Positions 1 through 9,424 of a DNA stretch of 64,000 nucleotides are shown here, in pieces. The translations under genes and the position numbers were made by a program. The notes beneath the pieces are model-generated. The model saw nothing but the letters and a program-made list of their open reading frames with translations, was not told the origin of the DNA and did no database searches. The number at the start of each line of letters is the position of its first letter. The first letter of the stretch is position 1. Origin of the DNA: an uncultured Flavobacteriaceae bacterium. GTDB lineage: Bacteria > Bacteroidota > Bacteroidia > Flavobacteriales > Flavobacteriaceae. The stretch spans positions 22,202 to 86,201 of the forward strand of contig CAJXQS010000008.1 in assembly GCA_913058385.1 (NCBI GenBank). Direction: 5' to 3'.

Positions 1-936
1 AGGTTTATCATAACTTTTAATATCACTCAAAATCTGATTTACTGACTCAATATGCTCTTCAAAATTAGGGTGCGAAATGTCCACTACATGAAGGAGTAGG
101 TCTGCTTCTTGCACCTCATCCAAAGTACCTTTAAAAGATTCCACCAATTGGGTGGGAAGTTTGCGGATAAACCCAACGGTGTCACTCAAAAGAAAAGGGA
201 GATTTCCAATGACAACTTTTCTTACGGTGGTGTCTAGCGTCGCAAAAAGTTTGTTTTCTGCAAAGACATCACTCTTAGCGATGACATTCATTAAGGTAGA
301 TTTTCCTACATTGGTATAGCCCACCAAAGCTACCCGAACCAAGGCGCCTCGGTTTCCTCTTTGAGTTGACATTTGACGGTCAATGGTGACCAATTTCTTT
401 TTTAATAATGTAATCTTATCCCGAACAATTCTTCTATCAGTCTCAATTTCGGTTTCTCCAGGTCCCCGCATTCCAATTCCTCCTTTTTGTCTTTCAAGGT
501 GCGTCCAAAGTCCCTTGAGGCGAGGAAGTAAATACTGGTATTGCGCCAACTCAACCTGTGTTCTGGCATAGCTAGTTTGAGCTCTTTGAGCAAAAATATC
601 GAGGATCAGTCCGGTACGATCAAGAACCTTGCATCGTAATATTTTTTCGATGTTTCCTTGTTGGGCTGGGGTCAGTTCGTCATCAAAAACGACTGTCGTG
701 ATTTCGTTTTCATCACCATAAGCTTCTACATCTCTAATTTTACCTGACCCAATAAACGTTTTGGGGTTGGAAGATTGCATTTTTTGAACAAATCTTTTTA
801 ATACAACACCGCCTGCGGTGTGAACCAAAAACTCCAATTCATCAAGATATTCTTTAGATTTAATCTCGTCTTGGCTGCTGTTAATAATCCCTACTAATAC
901 TGTTTTTTCTAACTCAAAAGATTTTTCTTCAATCAT
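1..936 (-). CDS. hflX: GTPase HflX (partial; C-terminal end lies beyond the left edge of the window)
   Basis: Minus-strand ORF open to position 1, so it is absent from the ORF track. Hand translation from the ATG at 934-936 gives MIEEKSFELEKTVLVGII.... It contains the HflX N-domain RQKGGIGMRGPGETEIETDRR, the G1 motif GYTNVGKST and the G3 motif DTVGFI. Confidence 0.9.
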   Translation of the reverse strand, partial: MIEEKSFELEKTVLVGIINSSQDEIKSKEYLDELEFLVHTAGGVVLKRFVQKMQSSNPKTFIGSGKIRDVEAYGDENEITTVVFDDELTPAQQGNIEKILRCKVLDRTGLILDIFAQRAQTSYARTQVELAQYQYLLPRLKGLWTHLERQKGGIGMRGPGETEIETDRRIVRDKITLLKKKLVTIDRQMSTQRGNRGALVRVALVGYTNVGKSTLMNVIAKSDVFAENKLFATLDTTVRKVVIGNLPFLLSDTVGFIRKLPTQLVESFKGTLDEVQEADLLLHVVDISHPNFEEHIESVNQILSDIKSYDKP

Positions 937-940
937 AGAA

Positions 941-1711
941 TTAGTTGTTTTTCCAAGTTTTTAGTTCCACTGAATTACCATCGAAAACTCCATAGGTAAA
1001 GTAAGTAATCCAATCGCCAAGATTTATATATTTTGAGTTTTTTTCTAATTCGATTTCTAAAGGTAAATGGCGGTGACCAAAAATAAAATAGTCGAAATGC
1101 TTTTCTTTGAGTTTTCGCCTGCTGTAGATTGCCAACCATTCCTTTTCCTCCCCCAAAAACTTAATGTCTTCTTTTCCTGAAATGAGTTTGTTTTTAAGGG
1201 AAAGTCGTTTTCCAAGACGCATCCCCAAATCAGGATGTATCCAACGGTAAAGCGTTTTTGCAAAAGAATTCGTAAATACTTTTTTCATTCTTTTGTACCC
1301 TTTATCACCAGGTCCCAAACCGTCTCCATGCCCAATAAAAAAAGAGGTTTTATCTATGGTTAACTCGATGGGTTTGAAGTGTACTGTTATGCCCAATTCT
1401 TTTTGGAAATAATCGTCCATCCACATGTCGTGGTTTCCCACAAAAAAAACAATCGGGATTCCTGAATCTACAATTTCAGCAAGCTTACTGAGAACCCTGA
1501 CAAAGCCTTTTGGGACTACTGTTTTGTATTCAAACCAAAAATCAAAAAGGTCTCCTAATAAATAAATTGCTTGAGCATCTTTTCGGACATGCTCTAACCA
1601 AGCAATAAAGTTCTTCTCTCTTAAACGACTTTCCTCATCATTGGGAGCTCCCAAGTGATTGTCAGAGGAGAAATATATTTTTTTGTTTTTTTGGAGTTCC
1701 ATTTTTAACAC
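941..1711 (-). CDS. lpxH: UDP-2,3-diacylglucosamine diphosphatase (LpxH-type metallophosphoesterase)
   Basis: 256 aa with calcineurin-like phosphoesterase motifs: SDNHLG, GDLFDFWFEY, GNHD, GHGD, GHRH. Confidence 0.8.
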   Translation of the reverse strand: MLKMELQKNKKIYFSSDNHLGAPNDEESRLREKNFIAWLEHVRKDAQAIYLLGDLFDFWFEYKTVVPKGFVRVLSKLAEIVDSGIPIVFFVGNHDMWMDDYFQKELGITVHFKPIELTIDKTSFFIGHGDGLGPGDKGYKRMKKVFTNSFAKTLYRWIHPDLGMRLGKRLSLKNKLISGKEDIKFLGEEKEWLAIYSRRKLKEKHFDYFIFGHRHLPLEIELEKNSKYINLGDWITYFTYGVFDGNSVELKTWKNN

Positions 1712-1723
1712 GTCTGGGAATTA

Positions 1724-2878
1724 TTACCCGATGGCTTGTTCTAGGTCTTCAATCAAATCCTGAGCATCCTCAATTCCGACACTTAATCTAATTAATCCAT
1801 CAACAACACCACTTTTTTCTCGTTCCTCTTTTGGAATAGAAGCATGCGTCATGCTGGCAGGGTGCCCCGCCAAACTCTCCACACCACCTAAGGATTCGGC
1901 AAGCGTGAAAACTTCCATTTTTTCAACAATTTTTATTGCAGTAGCAAGGTCCCCTCCTTTAGGAACAAAGGAAATCATCCCACCAAAATCATTCATTTGG
2001 TCTTTAGCAATTTGGTGGTTTGGATGGGATTCAAAACCTGGCCAATATACTTTTTCAATTTTAGAATGTTGGTTTAAATAGTTGGCAATTGCAGCTCCAT
2101 TTTCAGAATGTCTTTGCATTCTGACGTGTAAAGTCTTGATTCCCCTAAGAGTTAAAAAACTATCCATCGGTCCTGGAATCGCTCCACTGGCATTCTGTAT
2201 AAAGGCAAGTTTTTCTTGTAATTCATCATCGTTTATGACCAACAATCCAAGAACCACATCACTGTGACCTGCAATGAATTTGGTTGCAGAGTGCATTACA
2301 ATATCGGCTCCCAAATCTAGTGGTTGTTGAAGATAGGGAGAAGCGAATGTATTGTCCACCGCTAAAAGAACATTCTTTAACTTTGCTAGGGCAGCCATTC
2401 CTTTGATGTCGATGATATTCATCATCGGATTGGTTGGAGTTTCTACCCAAATAAGTTTTGTATTTTCATTTACATATTTTGCAACATGGTTTGGGTCTTG
2501 CATGTCTACAAAATGGAATTTAAGTCCGTAATTCTCAAATATTTTAGTAAAAAGACGATATGAGCCTCCATATAAATCGTTTGTAGATATAATCTCATCC
2601 CCAGGGCTAAATAGCTTCATTACTGCATCCATGGCGGCAAGTCCCGAAGCATAAGTCAAGCCATGTTGACCATTTTCAATACTGGCTATTGATCGCTCCA
2701 AAGCTGAACGTGTGGGGTTGTGCGTTCGGCTGTATTCAAAACCTTTATGATCTCCTGGGCTACTTTGTGCATAGGTAGAGGTTTGATAAATGGGAGGCAT
2801 TACTGCTCCATATGCAGGATCAGGAGTTTGACCTCCGTGTATTGTCGCGCTATTAAATCTAAGCTTCTTCTTCATCAA
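1724..2878 (-). CDS. PLP-dependent Cys/Met metabolism enzyme (cystathionine gamma-synthase / gamma- or beta-lyase family)
   Basis: 384 aa. The PLP-lysine motif SATKFIAGHSD and the C-terminal RLSVGIED are typical of this family. The exact reaction cannot be assigned from sequence. Confidence 0.85.
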   Translation of the reverse strand: MMKKKLRFNSATIHGGQTPDPAYGAVMPPIYQTSTYAQSSPGDHKGFEYSRTHNPTRSALERSIASIENGQHGLTYASGLAAMDAVMKLFSPGDEIISTNDLYGGSYRLFTKIFENYGLKFHFVDMQDPNHVAKYVNENTKLIWVETPTNPMMNIIDIKGMAALAKLKNVLLAVDNTFASPYLQQPLDLGADIVMHSATKFIAGHSDVVLGLLVINDDELQEKLAFIQNASGAIPGPMDSFLTLRGIKTLHVRMQRHSENGAAIANYLNQHSKIEKVYWPGFESHPNHQIAKDQMNDFGGMISFVPKGGDLATAIKIVEKMEVFTLAESLGGVESLAGHPASMTHASIPKEEREKSGVVDGLIRLSVGIEDAQDLIEDLEQAIG

Positions 2879-2976
2879 AACGAGTTTTTATAAGTACTAC
2901 AAAGGTATTGGATTTTAAAGTAATTTGTCTTCAATTAAATAAAAATGATATTACTTTGTAATGTCAATCAATTTAA

Positions 2977-3333
2977 ATGAATTTTTTTCTCTATTTAAGC
3001 AGTTGTGATACTTGTAAAAGAATACAAAAAGAGTTAAATCTCCCCCATGAAATAGCGCTTATTGATATCAAAAAACACCCGCTTAACTCCGAACAATTAT
3101 CACGATTATACGAAGCTGCGGGAAGCTATGAGTCTTTAATAAACAAAAGGGCACAGCTGTTAAAGCAACCTCACCTCAAGGACAAAGAATTAACCGAAGA
3201 TGATTATCGCAATCTTTTACTAGATCATTATACTTTTTTAAAACGCCCTGTATTGGTTTATAATAATAAATATTTTATTGGCAACAGTAAAGACACGATT
3301 GAACAAGCTAGAGACTGGATCAATGAGCAGTAG
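2977..3333 (+). CDS. ArsC/Spx/YffB-family thioredoxin-fold protein
   Basis: 118 aa. N-terminal Cys pair (SSCDTCKR) followed by the conserved LxRPV-type segment (FLKRPVLV). Confidence 0.7.
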   Translation: MNFFLYLSSCDTCKRIQKELNLPHEIALIDIKKHPLNSEQLSRLYEAAGSYESLINKRAQLLKQPHLKDKELTEDDYRNLLLDHYTFLKRPVLVYNNKYFIGNSKDTIEQARDWINEQ

Positions 3334-4213
3334 ATTTTGGGCGCTTTTGGCCGCTACGGGTACCGCCACTATTTATGGTTTAAACCATACCGTTGCGAAA
3401 GTAATCATGCCGCATTATGTTGGTGCGTTTGGATTTGTTTTCATGCGCCTTTCTGGAGCGGCAATCCTTTTTTGGCTGATCAGTTTATTCTTAAAAAAAG
3501 AAAAAATTGATCGGGGAGATTTCATGAAAATATTTATTGGATCGCTCTTGGGAATGTGCATTAACATGTTGTCCTTCTTCAAAGGCCTTCAGCTTTCAAC
3601 ACCTGTAAACAGTGGGATTTTCGCCACCCTTGTCCCGATTATGATATTGGTGCTTTCTTACATATTTCTCGGTGAAAAAATAAGTAAGAGAAAAGTATAC
3701 GGCGTTTTATTGGGCTTTCTAGGCGCACTTTTATTAGTGATCTCAGTGAAAGAGAATACCCCAAACGCGCCAAATATCGTACTGGGAAATATTCTATTCA
3801 TGGTGAACTCTAGTTTTTATGCTGCCTATGTAATTGTAATTAAGCCTTTAACCCAAAAATACGGTACGGTCACCATCATGAAGTGGATGTTTCTTTCTGG
3901 ATTCATCATTACATTTCCGCTTTCCATTAGCGAGTTTAACGAAATCGATTTCCCCAGCCTTCCCTTTGATGCCATTTGGAGAATTGGATTTGTAATTGTC
4001 GGGACAACCTTCATGACTTATCTTCTTTCTTTTTATGCCCTAAAAACTTTACAAGCTTCAACTTTTGGTGTTTTTGCTTATGCGCAACCCCTCATCGCGA
4101 TTTCCTATGCGGTTGCTTCAGGAAATGACTTTATAGATACAATAAAAATTGTCGCTTGTATTTTGACTTTATCTGGGGTTTTTCTGGTTTCAAAAAAACC
4201 TTCCTTAAAATAA
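3323..4213 (+). CDS. DMT-superfamily (EamA-like) permease
   Basis: About 10 hydrophobic segments with a duplicated EamA-like organisation. Start placed at the ATG at 3323 (MSSRFWALL), which overlaps the upstream stop by 11 nt. The track start at 3278 lies inside the upstream gene. Confidence 0.8.
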   Translation: MSSRFWALLAATGTATIYGLNHTVAKVIMPHYVGAFGFVFMRLSGAAILFWLISLFLKKEKIDRGDFMKIFIGSLLGMCINMLSFFKGLQLSTPVNSGIFATLVPIMILVLSYIFLGEKISKRKVYGVLLGFLGALLLVISVKENTPNAPNIVLGNILFMVNSSFYAAYVIVIKPLTQKYGTVTIMKWMFLSGFIITFPLSISEFNEIDFPSLPFDAIWRIGFVIVGTTFMTYLLSFYALKTLQASTFGVFAYAQPLIAISYAVASGNDFIDTIKIVACILTLSGVFLVSKKPSLK

Positions 4214-4314
4214 GAGACTCAAAACTAAATTTAAGTTTTGTTTTTCTATTAAAATATATTTAAACTTAATTGTGAATCTAATTTTTTTTCTATTTTTGAA
4301 ATCTAAAATCACTC

Positions 4315-4794
4315 ATGAAAAAATTGCTCTTTATTCTGGTCGCTTCAATACTTTTGGTTGGTTGTGGCTCAAAAACTGAAAAGAAAAAAGGATTTGAATA
4401 CAACAGAACTCAAAAAGAAGCTCCTGTTAAGAATGTTGCTGTTGGAAAAACTGCAATTGATCTTTCCAACAAAGGGATTGGCCCCATAAGCTCCATGGAA
4501 TTTGATGCTAAAATAGACGATAAACTTGTTGAAACAGGTGCGGCAGCATTTAAACAAAAATGTACGGCTTGTCACATGGCAGAAAGAAAACTCATCGGAC
4601 CTGCAATGAAAGGGATTTATGAACGTAGAAATCCAGCATGGGTTATGAATATGATTCTAAATCCTACTGAAATGCTTCAAAAAGATCCCACGGCAATGTC
4701 ATTGCTTAAGGAATACAATAACGTCATGATGTTAAATCAAAATTTAACGGAAGACGAGACTCGAGCTATTGCAGAATATTTTAGAAGCCTATAA
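4315..4794 (+). CDS. Monohaem c-type cytochrome, lipoprotein
   Basis: 159 aa. Lipoprotein signal LLVGCGS. Single haem-binding CXXCH motif (CTACH) with a downstream Met-rich region (distal ligand). Confidence 0.85.
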   Translation: MKKLLFILVASILLVGCGSKTEKKKGFEYNRTQKEAPVKNVAVGKTAIDLSNKGIGPISSMEFDAKIDDKLVETGAAAFKQKCTACHMAERKLIGPAMKGIYERRNPAWVMNMILNPTEMLQKDPTAMSLLKEYNNVMMLNQNLTEDETRAIAEYFRSL

Positions 4795-5433
4795 AGAATA
4801 GGCTTTTCCTCCTGTAGCTTCCATTAAATCAACACAACCTTTTTGTTGTCCTGGTATGGGCACATAGGCCATTACATTTTCACCAATGTATTCATTGGTT
4901 TTAAACGCGGTGATGGTCATTGTTCTAAGTTGAACAGCGAACTCATAGGCCAACGCCTCTTTTGGAATGGAGGCAGCACTGTCCTTTTGCACCGCTGCTT
5001 TGTAGGCCGAAGCTAATTTAGACCAATTTTTTTGTTGTGCTTCCTCCCCTCGAAGGTACTTTGACAATTGTACTTCAAGTTCCTCAGAGGTTAGATCACC
5101 TGCATCATCATCTCCCTTTTCCTCAAGAGCGATAGCAATGTATTGATTCAGTCCTAAAATCAAAGATTCTTGACCTTTCGTATTGATTATTGCATCCACA
5201 TAACCATCTAAAAATTCTGGAAGTTTCAATTCGATTGCTCCTGGAATAGTTGTGGTTGGAATGATAATGTCCATTAGTTTTGAAACGACACCAAACTGGT
5301 CTTGCGTAAAATGAATTGGTGTCCAATTAGGAGCAGCAGTCTGACAACTTTGAAAAAGGCCAACAACTGCGGGTGTGGCAGTTATAGCGCCAAATCCCAT
5401 TCCAATATTTTTTAAAGCTTTTCTTCTATTCAT
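4789..5433 (-). CDS. Gluconate 2-dehydrogenase subunit 3-family small subunit (Tat signal)
   Basis: 214 aa. Twin-arginine leader MNRRKALKNIGMGFGAITATPAV. Lies immediately downstream of the GMC flavoprotein on the same strand. Confidence 0.8.
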   Translation of the reverse strand: MNRRKALKNIGMGFGAITATPAVVGLFQSCQTAAPNWTPIHFTQDQFGVVSKLMDIIIPTTTIPGAIELKLPEFLDGYVDAIINTKGQESLILGLNQYIAIALEEKGDDDAGDLTSEELEVQLSKYLRGEEAQQKNWSKLASAYKAAVQKDSAASIPKEALAYEFAVQLRTMTITAFKTNEYIGENVMAYVPIPGQQKGCVDLMEATGGKAYSL

Positions 5434-5443
5434 CTTTAATTGA

Positions 5444-7135
5444 TTAAATATTCATTTTTTTTAATTCTTCAACAGCATGGTTTGCAGCCCTGGCAGTCAA
5501 AGCCATATAAGTCAGGGAAGGATTTTGATTTCCAGCCGAGGTCATTGCCGCCCCATCGGTAACATAGACATTGGGAACCGTATGAAGTTGATTATTTCTG
5601 TTTAATACAGACGTTTTGGGGTCGTGCCCCATTCTGGCTGTACCCATTTCGTGTATCCCTAAACCAAGGGTCGAACCTTTGTCAAATTCAGTAACATTTT
5701 TAAACCCTGCCGCTTCTAACATTTCAGCCGCTTGTTGTTTTATGTCTTTACGCATTGCGTATTCGTTTTCCTTAAACTCTGCATCAAAAGTAACAGTAGG
5801 TAAACCCCACTTGTCTTTCTTCTCGTTGTCTAAGTACATTTTGTTTTCATGATAAGGGAGCGTTTCACCAAAACCAGTCATGCCCATCTTCCAATCTCCA
5901 GGCTCCAATATTGTTTTTTTCAAATCAGCACCGTAAGCCATTTCTTTGATGTTCTCTCTCCAATCTGATCTACTTGCACCTCCTTGATATCCATAACCTC
6001 TTATGAATTCTTTTTGATTGGTACTTCCTCCCAAGTTTCTAAATCTAGGGATGTATATTCCGTTGGGTCTTTTTCCCGTATAATATTTGTCTTTAAAACC
6101 ATCATAGGTTGCAGAAGCGCCCAAACGAAAGTGATGGTCCATCAAATTATGTCCCAACTCTCCAGAATCATTCCCCATTCCATTAGGAAAACGATCGGAA
6201 GTCGATTGCATCAATATTGATGTTGAAGCAATCGCCGAAGCACATAAGAAAATCACTTTGGCCTTAAACTCATAGGTTTGATTCGTTTCAGAATCAATTA
6301 CTTTGACGCCTGTAGCTCTTTTATTATCGGCATCATACATGACTTCATAAACAACAGAATTCGTTCTTAAGGTCATGTTTCCTGTTGCTTCTGCAGCAGG
6401 GAGCGTGGAAGAATTGCTGCTGAAATATGCGCCAAATGGACACCCTCTTCTACATCGGTTTCTATATTGGCAAGTACTTCTTCCCAATCCGGGTTTTGTC
6501 CCCTCAGTAATATGAGCAACTCGGCCCATGGTAATCACTCGATCGTCATATTTTTCTGCAATGGCGTTTTTAAATGAATTTTCAACACAATTCATCTCCA
6601 TCGGTTTTAGAAATTTACCATCTGGCAATTGTGGTAGACCTAGCTTTTCTCCGCTTATTCCCACATATTCTTCTACATAATCATACCAAGGAGATAAATC
6701 TTTATATCTAATGGGCCAATCTACTGCGATGCCATCTTTTGCATTTGCACCAAAATCAAAATCACTCAGACGATAACTCTGTCTTCCCCACATGAGCGAT
6801 CTACCGCCAAGGTGATAGCCGCGAATCCAGTCAAATCTTTTTACCTCATTATAAGGGTGCTCATTGTCATCAACAAATAAATGGGTCGATGACTCAGTGT
6901 TGACATAGTTCGTTCGACTTTGTTTGGGTTGCTTCTTACGAATTTCTTTAGTGATCTTGTCGCCTGCTTTAAAATCCCAAGGATCTTTGTGTGCAGTTGT
7001 GTAGTCCTCGACATGCTTGAGCATCCTTCCCCGTTCCAGCACCAATGTTTTAAGACCCTTCTCACAAAGTTCTTTTGCTGCCCAGCCACCACTTATGCCT
7101 GTCCCAACGACAATTGCATCATATGTGTTTTCCAT
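5444..7135 (-). CDS. GMC-family FAD-dependent oxidoreductase (large subunit)
   Basis: 563 aa. N-terminal FAD Rossmann motif DAIVVGTGISGGWAA and a C-terminal GMC signature region (HEMGTARMG...VTDGA). Confidence 0.9.
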   Translation of the reverse strand: MENTYDAIVVGTGISGGWAAKELCEKGLKTLVLERGRMLKHVEDYTTAHKDPWDFKAGDKITKEIRKKQPKQSRTNYVNTESSTHLFVDDNEHPYNEVKRFDWIRGYHLGGRSLMWGRQSYRLSDFDFGANAKDGIAVDWPIRYKDLSPWYDYVEEYVGISGEKLGLPQLPDGKFLKPMEMNCVENSFKNAIAEKYDDRVITMGRVAHITEGTKPGLGRSTCQYRNRCRRGCPFGAYFSSNSSTLPAAEATGNMTLRTNSVVYEVMYDADNKRATGVKVIDSETNQTYEFKAKVIFLCASAIASTSILMQSTSDRFPNGMGNDSGELGHNLMDHHFRLGASATYDGFKDKYYTGKRPNGIYIPRFRNLGGSTNQKEFIRGYGYQGGASRSDWRENIKEMAYGADLKKTILEPGDWKMGMTGFGETLPYHENKMYLDNEKKDKWGLPTVTFDAEFKENEYAMRKDIKQQAAEMLEAAGFKNVTEFDKGSTLGLGIHEMGTARMGHDPKTSVLNRNNQLHTVPNVYVTDGAAMTSAGNQNPSLTYMALTARAANHAVEELKKMNI

Positions 7136-7220
7136 AGATTAACTTATTGGATTTATTTATCAAAGATAAAAATATATAATTTTTATCGTACTTTGTCTTT
7201 TAAAATTATAAAATAGCGTT

Positions 7221-8183
7221 ATGAAAAAATTAAATGGACTAACTGCAATCGTTGTCATTGGATTCGGAGCAATTCTACTTGGCTTCAGTTCTTGTAAGAA
7301 TACGGCACCAAAAAAGACAATTAAGGCTGAAGCACCTGCCTATAAAATTTCCCTAGCCCAATGGTCAATCAACAAAATGATCAGAGAGGATAAGGTTTCC
7401 CCTTATGAATTTGCATCCATAGCAAGTAATTGGGGCTTTGAAGGTTTGGAATATGTTAGTCAATTATATACTGATGTCACCAAAAGTGATGATCCAGAGG
7501 CAGCGATCAAAATATTCATTCAAAAAAACAATGAGCTTTCGGCCAAATTTGGATTGAAAAACATTTTGATTATGGTTGATGAAGAGGGGAATTTAGCTAC
7601 TCAAAACGAAGAGGAAAGACTTACTGCAATCGAAAATCATAAAAAATGGATTAATGCGGCTGCAGCGATGGGCTGCCATTCAATAAGAATCAATTTATTT
7701 GGTGAGACTGATCCTGAGCTTTGGAAAAGTTATTCTAAGCTCAGTCTTATCGCACTGTCTGAATATGCACTTCCATTAAATGTAAATATTATTGTAGAAA
7801 ATCATGGTTATTTATCTTCCAATGCTGCCCTTTTAATGGCACTCATGAATGAAGTAAACATGAAAAACTGTGGAACACTTCCTGATTTTGGAAATTTTTG
7901 TTTAAAAAGAGAAAATAATGAGCTTTGGGATGCCCCTTGCATTGAATCTTATGACAATTATAAAGGAGTCGCCGAAATGATGCCCAAAGCATTTGCAGTT
8001 AGTGCCAAATCATATGACTTTGATGGAGAAGGAAATGAAACTACTTTGGATTATCAAAGGTTGATTTCTATTGTCAAAAGTAGTGGATATGACCAGTACA
8101 TTGGAATAGAATATGAAGGAAGTCGTCTCAGTGAAGAAGAAGGAATATTGGCGACACGAGATTTACTTTTAAAGTTAATGTAA
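7221..8183 (+). CDS. Xylose-isomerase-like TIM-barrel (sugar phosphate isomerase/epimerase family) lipoprotein
   Basis: 320 aa. Lipoprotein signal LLGFSSCKN. AP-endonuclease-2/xylose-isomerase-like barrel motifs (IRINLFG, VENHG, IEYEG). Confidence 0.75.
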   Translation: MKKLNGLTAIVVIGFGAILLGFSSCKNTAPKKTIKAEAPAYKISLAQWSINKMIREDKVSPYEFASIASNWGFEGLEYVSQLYTDVTKSDDPEAAIKIFIQKNNELSAKFGLKNILIMVDEEGNLATQNEEERLTAIENHKKWINAAAAMGCHSIRINLFGETDPELWKSYSKLSLIALSEYALPLNVNIIVENHGYLSSNAALLMALMNEVNMKNCGTLPDFGNFCLKRENNELWDAPCIESYDNYKGVAEMMPKAFAVSAKSYDFDGEGNETTLDYQRLISIVKSSGYDQYIGIEYEGSRLSEEEGILATRDLLLKLM

Positions 8184-8284
8184 CTTATCTTCTGATTGTA
8201 ACTTAAGGCATTTTTAGCAGCTTTGGCTTTTAAAAAAAAATCCTATTTTTACTTTATTATAATCTCACAAATTTTAAAAAAAAT

Positions 8285-9424
8285 ATGAATAAAATAAGAC
8301 TTGGTATTCTCGGAGGCGGTGGCGACTCCCTAATCGGAATATTACATCGTGTGGCTTCCTACATGTATGATCGTTATGAAATTGTCGGGGGTGTTTTCAA
8401 CCCGGATTATGAGGAAAATACCAAATTTGCCAAACAGATAGGAATAAACACTGATCGTGTATACAAAGATTTTGATCAATTTGTTGAAACTGAAATAAGC
8501 AAACCTTTAGAAGAACGAATAGAAGTTGTTTCTGTTCTAACCCCAAATTTTTTGCATTTTCCTATGGCTAAAAAGCTATTGGAAAATGGATTTAATGTTA
8601 TTTGCGAAAAGCCATTGACCACTTCCTATGAGGAAGCTAAAGAACTCGAAGCACTTCAGAAAAAGCACAATGCTGTTTTTGCTGTCACCTACACTTATAC
8701 AGGCTATCCTTTGGTTCGTCACATGAAACACATGATTGCGGCTGGAGAGTTGGGAGAAATACATAAAATAGATGTTCAATATTACCAAGGCTGGATCAAT
8801 CCCGTAATTCACGATCCTGAACTACGTAAGACCGTATGGAGATTAGATCCAAAAAAAGCAGGAATCAGTTCTTGTATGGGAGACATTGGGACGCATGCTT
8901 TTCAGATGGCAGAATATCTTACTGGAATGGAAATAAAATCATTACTTTCTGATTTAAATAATTTGTATGAAGACAATACTTTAGACCTAGATGGAACTGT
9001 TTTAATTCGTTTTTCTGATAAATTTAAAGGCGTTCTTCGTGCAAGTCAGGTCGCCACTGGAGAAGAAAATAATATCAAAGTTGCCATTTATGGTAAAAAA
9101 GGCGCTTACAGATGGGAGCAAGAAAATCCAAATTATTTATATCATTTAAAGGATGACGAGCCAAGAAGGGTAATTAAACCCGGAAATGCTTATGTCTCTG
9201 AAATCGCAGCCGACGGAACAAAATTGCCTGGTGGACACCCCGAGGGAATTTTTGATGCTATGGGAAATATTTACAAAGGAGTCGCCAAGGCGATTCGAGG
9301 AGAGGATTTTTATGATGGAGAGTTTCCAACCATGAACGATGGTGTTCGTGGAATGCTGTTTATCGAAAAAGTTGTGGAATCAAATAAAAATGGAAACGTA
9401 TGGGTCAGCATGGAAAATCAATGA
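8285..9424 (+). CDS. Gfo/Idh/MocA-family NAD(P)-dependent oxidoreductase
   Basis: 379 aa. N-terminal Rossmann GILGGGG and the family signature CEKPL. No signal peptide. Confidence 0.9.
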   Translation: MNKIRLGILGGGGDSLIGILHRVASYMYDRYEIVGGVFNPDYEENTKFAKQIGINTDRVYKDFDQFVETEISKPLEERIEVVSVLTPNFLHFPMAKKLLENGFNVICEKPLTTSYEEAKELEALQKKHNAVFAVTYTYTGYPLVRHMKHMIAAGELGEIHKIDVQYYQGWINPVIHDPELRKTVWRLDPKKAGISSCMGDIGTHAFQMAEYLTGMEIKSLLSDLNNLYEDNTLDLDGTVLIRFSDKFKGVLRASQVATGEENNIKVAIYGKKGAYRWEQENPNYLYHLKDDEPRRVIKPGNAYVSEIAADGTKLPGGHPEGIFDAMGNIYKGVAKAIRGEDFYDGEFPTMNDGVRGMLFIEKVVESNKNGNVWVSMENQ

